A DNA stretch of 57,233 nt, filler included, from Bipalium vagum (lineage: Eukaryota): the NCBI GenBank assembly GCA_037834085.1. It is 3 parts of 3 records of this genome, joined end to end, with 100 filler letters (N's around TTAATTAATTAA, not from the genome) between each part and the next. Parts side by side here need not be neighbours in the genome. Positions count along the whole stretch, not along the records: positions 39,162 to 57,233 come from JBBMKC010041509.1; 2 more parts are not named here. One strand, written 5' to 3'. Numbering within the stretch: position 1 is the stretch's first letter; every line of letters begins with the position of its first letter. Positions 52,740-57,233 of this stretch are shown one piece after another. The translations under genes were made by a program, and so were the position numbers. A model generated the notes under the pieces. The model worked only from the letters and a program-made list of their open reading frames with translations, made no database searches and was not told the origin of the DNA.

Positions 52740-53330
52740 TTTTTCTGGCGTCGGTACCAATACCGAGCCCTTAGAAATCAAAACATCGACTGCTCCTTCT
52801 AAATTATAGAAAAATAGACCGACCTACGTATCACCACTGAAAGTAACACGGAACCTACAATCACATACATTACCAATAGAATAAATCTTAAACTGTACTA
52901 ATGCTGTCCTTGCAATCCTTTCCAATTTCCGTAGAAAAAATGTCACGGACTGCCTCTCCTGACAGTAATAACATTGACATTGTCATCCGTCAAAAAGAGC
53001 TCAAGAAGATATATATCCTAGACCTCAAAATCCCCAACAACGACCCAAAGAACTTCAAAAACAGAACAATGAAAAATACACAGCACTTTCGGACAAGTTA
53101 GCAAAGGAAAATCAAGCTGTGATCCTTGATGTGGGCTCCCTCAGAATATGGGAGCCAATCGACGAAGAATCCTTCAAAAAACTAACTAACTAAACCCAAA
53201 ATTAGAGAAATTGTCCAGAAATGCAAATCTCGTCAGTCAAAGAATCATACAACATTTATCTCAATCAAGTGTCAAAGACAACTCCAACTACCCGACATAC
53301 CCAATAACACCCCTGGAGCAATGTTCATTA
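52740..53330 (+). mobile_element. 3' end of an RLE-type non-LTR retrotransposon (R2/NeSL-like restriction-like endonuclease)
   Basis: IDIVIRQKELKKIYILDLKIP (PD..D-x-K-like), followed by VILDVGSLRIWEPIDEESFKKL (VGxLGxW-like). Confidence 0.65.
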
Positions 53331-56300
53331 TAATTATGTTTGTATTTTAATTAATTTTTAAAAAAAAATTGTTTAGTGTAATTATCATTTTGCATTCTGT
53401 TATCTTTTATGTCTGATGTATAAATTTTGTATAAAGAAATGGGAACTTAAGGGAAAACATTTTTTCGGTTTGAGATTTAAGGTCACAAGTTAGGAAATAG
53501 TGTAATACTTTTAGACTTTTTTATCCAACTGCTTTTCTGACGGATGTGTACTGCAGAACACATTAAAGATCAATTTAATTTCGATCTTGAGCCAGTGTGC
53601 TTTGTCCCGCATAACTATGCTTTTAATCTTTTTGATTCTACCATAAACTATTCGAGGACAAAGCCACGGACACAAAGGACAAGGAGATAGTTGAAAATTA
53701 CCAACAACCCACGAGAATCAAAGGAAAGAATACTATCAGGGATAGAAATTTGTTATAAAGATTCTAATAAACTTTGGCATGCCAAGAACTATTCTTCTCA
53801 GTTTATTCTACGGTTTTTTTTTATCCTGAAAAGTAAATTTGCTTGAATGGTTTCTGTATAGGAATTATTGTACCCTGTGGCGATCACCTAACCGCTTCCG
53901 GTCACTTTCAGCCTTGGCCGCGATGAATCGGGCGCAGGGGACAGTTTCCAGCGGAAGTGTGGGAACTGTTCTTCTCTGTATGTCTTTGTTGATGAACGGA
54001 AGTCAAATCCGGTTGGGATTCCGAGCGTAAAGTTTGCACAGCTAAAGAACCTTCACATTTCTTTCAATGGCCCTTGTGGCATATCCCTCTTAAGATGGAG
54101 CGGATCCGGCGCCGTGGCTTAGCGACTCGGGTGATTAGCTATAATCTACCTCTAGCAGTGTGGAAATCACCGTCCAAAAACTACTACTCTGTGGAAACGT
54201 GCAAAGATAAAAGAAACCACACAACATTTGTGTTGTCATTTTATTTATTTTAAATGTTATTTGCACCTCACTCGCCATCCTGCATTTATCCCCAGGACTT
54301 ATTGAAAATACACTGTCATCTCCCTAGATCAATACCGGTACTGAGTATCTGGATTGAAACCCAGACAGCAGGAACTGATACTTTTGACTTAATAATATTG
54401 ATTGAGCCTCAAATATTACAGGTACTTGTATAGTTTGGGCCCAGTATCGATTTATTTTTATATTTTCTCAGAATTTAACAAAACAGGTTGCAAACTTCGA
54501 ATGTTTTTTTGGATTTTTAAGAAAATGTATAAGGATTTACTAATTTTCAAGTTTTTACGATTTCAAGTTTAACTTTTTGAAGGTGATGATTAACTGAAGA
54601 GATTAGAGATTTTTGATTAATTTAAAAAGAAATAAATTTGAAGGTTTTCAGATTTGAATGGTTAAAATTTGTAAAGTTTAAAAGAATATAATTCTTTAAG
54701 CAATTTAATTCATATAGAGATTTTGTTTTCTCTAATTTTGAAGCTTAAAGTTATTATTTAAGACTTATGTTAGTTATTTTTTAAAAATTAACTGTAAATG
54801 AACCTGAGGTATACTATCTCCCCCAATCAGAAAACGGGAAGATACTCTACCATAGACAAACTTTTTGTGACCCTTTAAAAATGAAAATAAATGTGACGCA
54901 TTAGATAATAAGATAATTTTCCTTTCAATTCAAAAAAAAAGTTAAAGTTGTCGTAATAATACATATATACTAACCATTCAGGCAATCCGCTCATCGACCT
55001 CCGCATTTGCAATTTCCAAATATTATTTCAGTACACAACAAAAGGTCGAAGATCAATGTAAAATCTGCAGCGCGCTTTATAATAACTGCTACCATTTGGC
55101 CAGATTGATGTTCGAGGATCACAAGCAGTGGCAAGCCTTTAAAATGGCAATGTGATATAGTACAACCAAAGCATACTGGAACATACTGAACAAAATTAAA
55201 TACAACTCTTCATTTTCCTCATGATCCGAGTTTACATAATAATAATTATCATTTCATATTTGTAATTAATAAAAAAATGTATCACTTTATTTATTGTCTT
55301 ACTTTTATCGGACCGGAACAAATTCTGAAACAGAATATTTAGAAAAGCACTTATAAGAATATTTCTGAAACGAATCCGTCACGAAGTCGGAAAAGTCTGA
55401 GAGACGTGAGGATTACTTCAAGTTTAGTCAACTAATCCGTTCGAAGTAAAAATATATGTTAGAAACATCAAAGCATGGACTACCCGAAGGTGATTGGAAC
55501 CATAAAATTTCAATTTTCAAGCCTTTGAGAGTCGCACTAAGTTTATCTGTCCAGATTATATAAATGACATTCGTCCATTTCGCACTGTATGATGTCCCTT
55601 GGGATATTTAGCAGAAATCGAATATTTATCAATTTTTGGAATCGAGATTGCGCGAATCAGAGTACAAAAACACAGAAATAAAAAACATCCTCGGCAAACG
55701 ATTGATACAAGAGGTTCACGCGCTTTCGCTCGTTTATTTAAACAATTCGTATTTTTTTATTATCGATAAAATTTTAAATATTTCAAAACATTTTTTCAAA
55801 AATTTTTGAAAATGTTATCTTTGAATTTCCAAAAAAATAATAAGGAAAAATTTTCAAAAATAAAAGCAGAGCTAAAACATTTAATGAAATTGAAATTTGT
55901 TCCTACATTAAATATCGAAAATGATTCTTTTAATTCTTCGTGCACTTTAATGTCTTTTTTGCACTCAACCAACGTTTAATTTATTTAAGATTTAATTCTC
56001 GTTTAAAAAAATTAATAAAAAATGTAATAATAATAATTTTTTATTTGTTACAAACAACCTTTGCATCTTGAACTGTTGGAAATTTCATAAATTATGACAT
56101 GAAGGTTAAGACTAATTGCACTTCTCAAAGTGATTTTCATAAAATATCCCAAGAGATTTCAAGTTGCTGACTACCCAGCGACTGTCAATAAGTAGACTAT
56201 GAGACTTTAAATCACAAATAACTACACATTGAATACGGAGAAATATCGCCTTAAAAAAACTCTCTTGGTTCTTTTTCAAGATATTAGAAGAACATTTATA

Positions 56301-56929
56301 TTTAATACTGACACGAGATTTGAATTCATTGCAGCTATTGTCACAGATAGACGATTTCTAAAAGCAATTAAAACTGTAATTTTCGGAGGAGAAAGCATTT
56401 ACCACGAAACATCGGAATGAGGATATACCATCGAGGCGATCATCAGGAATTTCAATTTTCACACAGGTTTTGAGTAAAAGGCGTATCGATTGAAATATGT
56501 CCTTCATCGCTGAATGTGGTGGATAAGTATTTCCTCAAGTATATCTTGAGTTTTTTTATAAATATTTATTACTGAAAATTTGATTATTTAGAATCTTAAA
56601 AATCGTGACCGGATATCCAGAAATAATCTTTTTTCTTTGATTTTCTTCTTCTCAAGCATACGTTTTTGCTAGGATTAATCAATTCCAAGACGTATTTCCT
56701 AGCCATCGTTATGTCTATTGCTTTGACGATTTTACCTTTTTGCACTGATCTGTATCATAACATGGTTGTTGTTTTCTTAAAGAAGCAATTATATGGTCAT
56801 CTGTGAGATTAAAAAGAGTCTTGAGCACATCAAACTCATTCATGAGTATTTCATCATCCAAAACGAAGATTTTTATGTTCAAATTTCGTACGATTCACCG
56901 AAAGTTTGAGTTTTCCATCAAAACCTGCT

Positions 56930-57233
56930 CCACGCGCATGGAAATTGTGAATTTTTTAAAACTGCCAATATTAACGGTATATGAAGTTGCCCGGAAATAT
57001 TAAAATCAACCGGTATCAACCAACTCACTAAGGCAAATTCACAAGCGATCCATGACCAGAAAGCGGAACGACGAATTTATGAATAGGCTGGAAGAGCTCG
57101 TGCAGCAGAATCCATCTCAGTCGACAAGAACCTTGGCCGTAAAATTAAATGTAAGTGCGACAACGATCCGAAGAGCAATTCATGAAGATCTCAGATGCAA
57201 AAGTTATAGATTAAAATTACACCAGATGCTATC
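56930..57233 (+). mobile_element. Tc1/mariner (maT/DD37D-like) transposase N-terminal remnant, truncated by the window end
   Basis: EIVNFLKLPILTVY...LEELVQQNPSQSTRTLAVKLNVSATTIRRAIHEDLRCKSY (HTH region). Confidence 0.75.

Noticed and set aside
54960-56920. Coding-like decayed segments (also 39890-40980 and 51600-52000)
   Set aside because: They have multiple stops and no motif I could recognise. They are probably old TE debris, so I left them unassigned.

Overview
This is very AT-rich eukaryotic (metazoan) DNA with short GT-AG introns, (AAT)n microsatellites and many decayed transposons. A triclad flatworm (planarian) is plausible from composition and TE content, but that is inference. Two identical artificial 100-nt spacers (44 N + TTAATTAATTAA + 44 N; 17882-17981 and 39062-39161) split the window into three contigs, so linkage across them is not evidence. 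Host genes are all on the minus strand: (1) a CSRNP/Axud1-family gene that seems to lack the Cys-rich half; (2) a multi-exon gene for a ~555-aa disordered Ser/Lys/Asn-rich protein with six SxIP-type motifs (candidate EB1-binding microtubule plus-end tracker); (3) a secreted C-type lectin with an EPN motif and a PAN/apple-like Cys tail, interrupted by one in-frame TAA. Mobile elements include hAT/Buster, several mariners (one nested), Tc1, DD41D (rosa), maT-like, pogo/Tigger, RLE-type non-LTR fragments, a gag relic, and a 3.5-kb Gypsy with ~85-bp AGTT...AATT LTRs and no integrase core. The main unexplained non-coding signals are four related CG-loop hairpins at 22046-22245 and a recurring ATGGAGC (YY1-like) motif in GC-richer islands. 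I found no prokaryotic-type system (CRISPR etc.).
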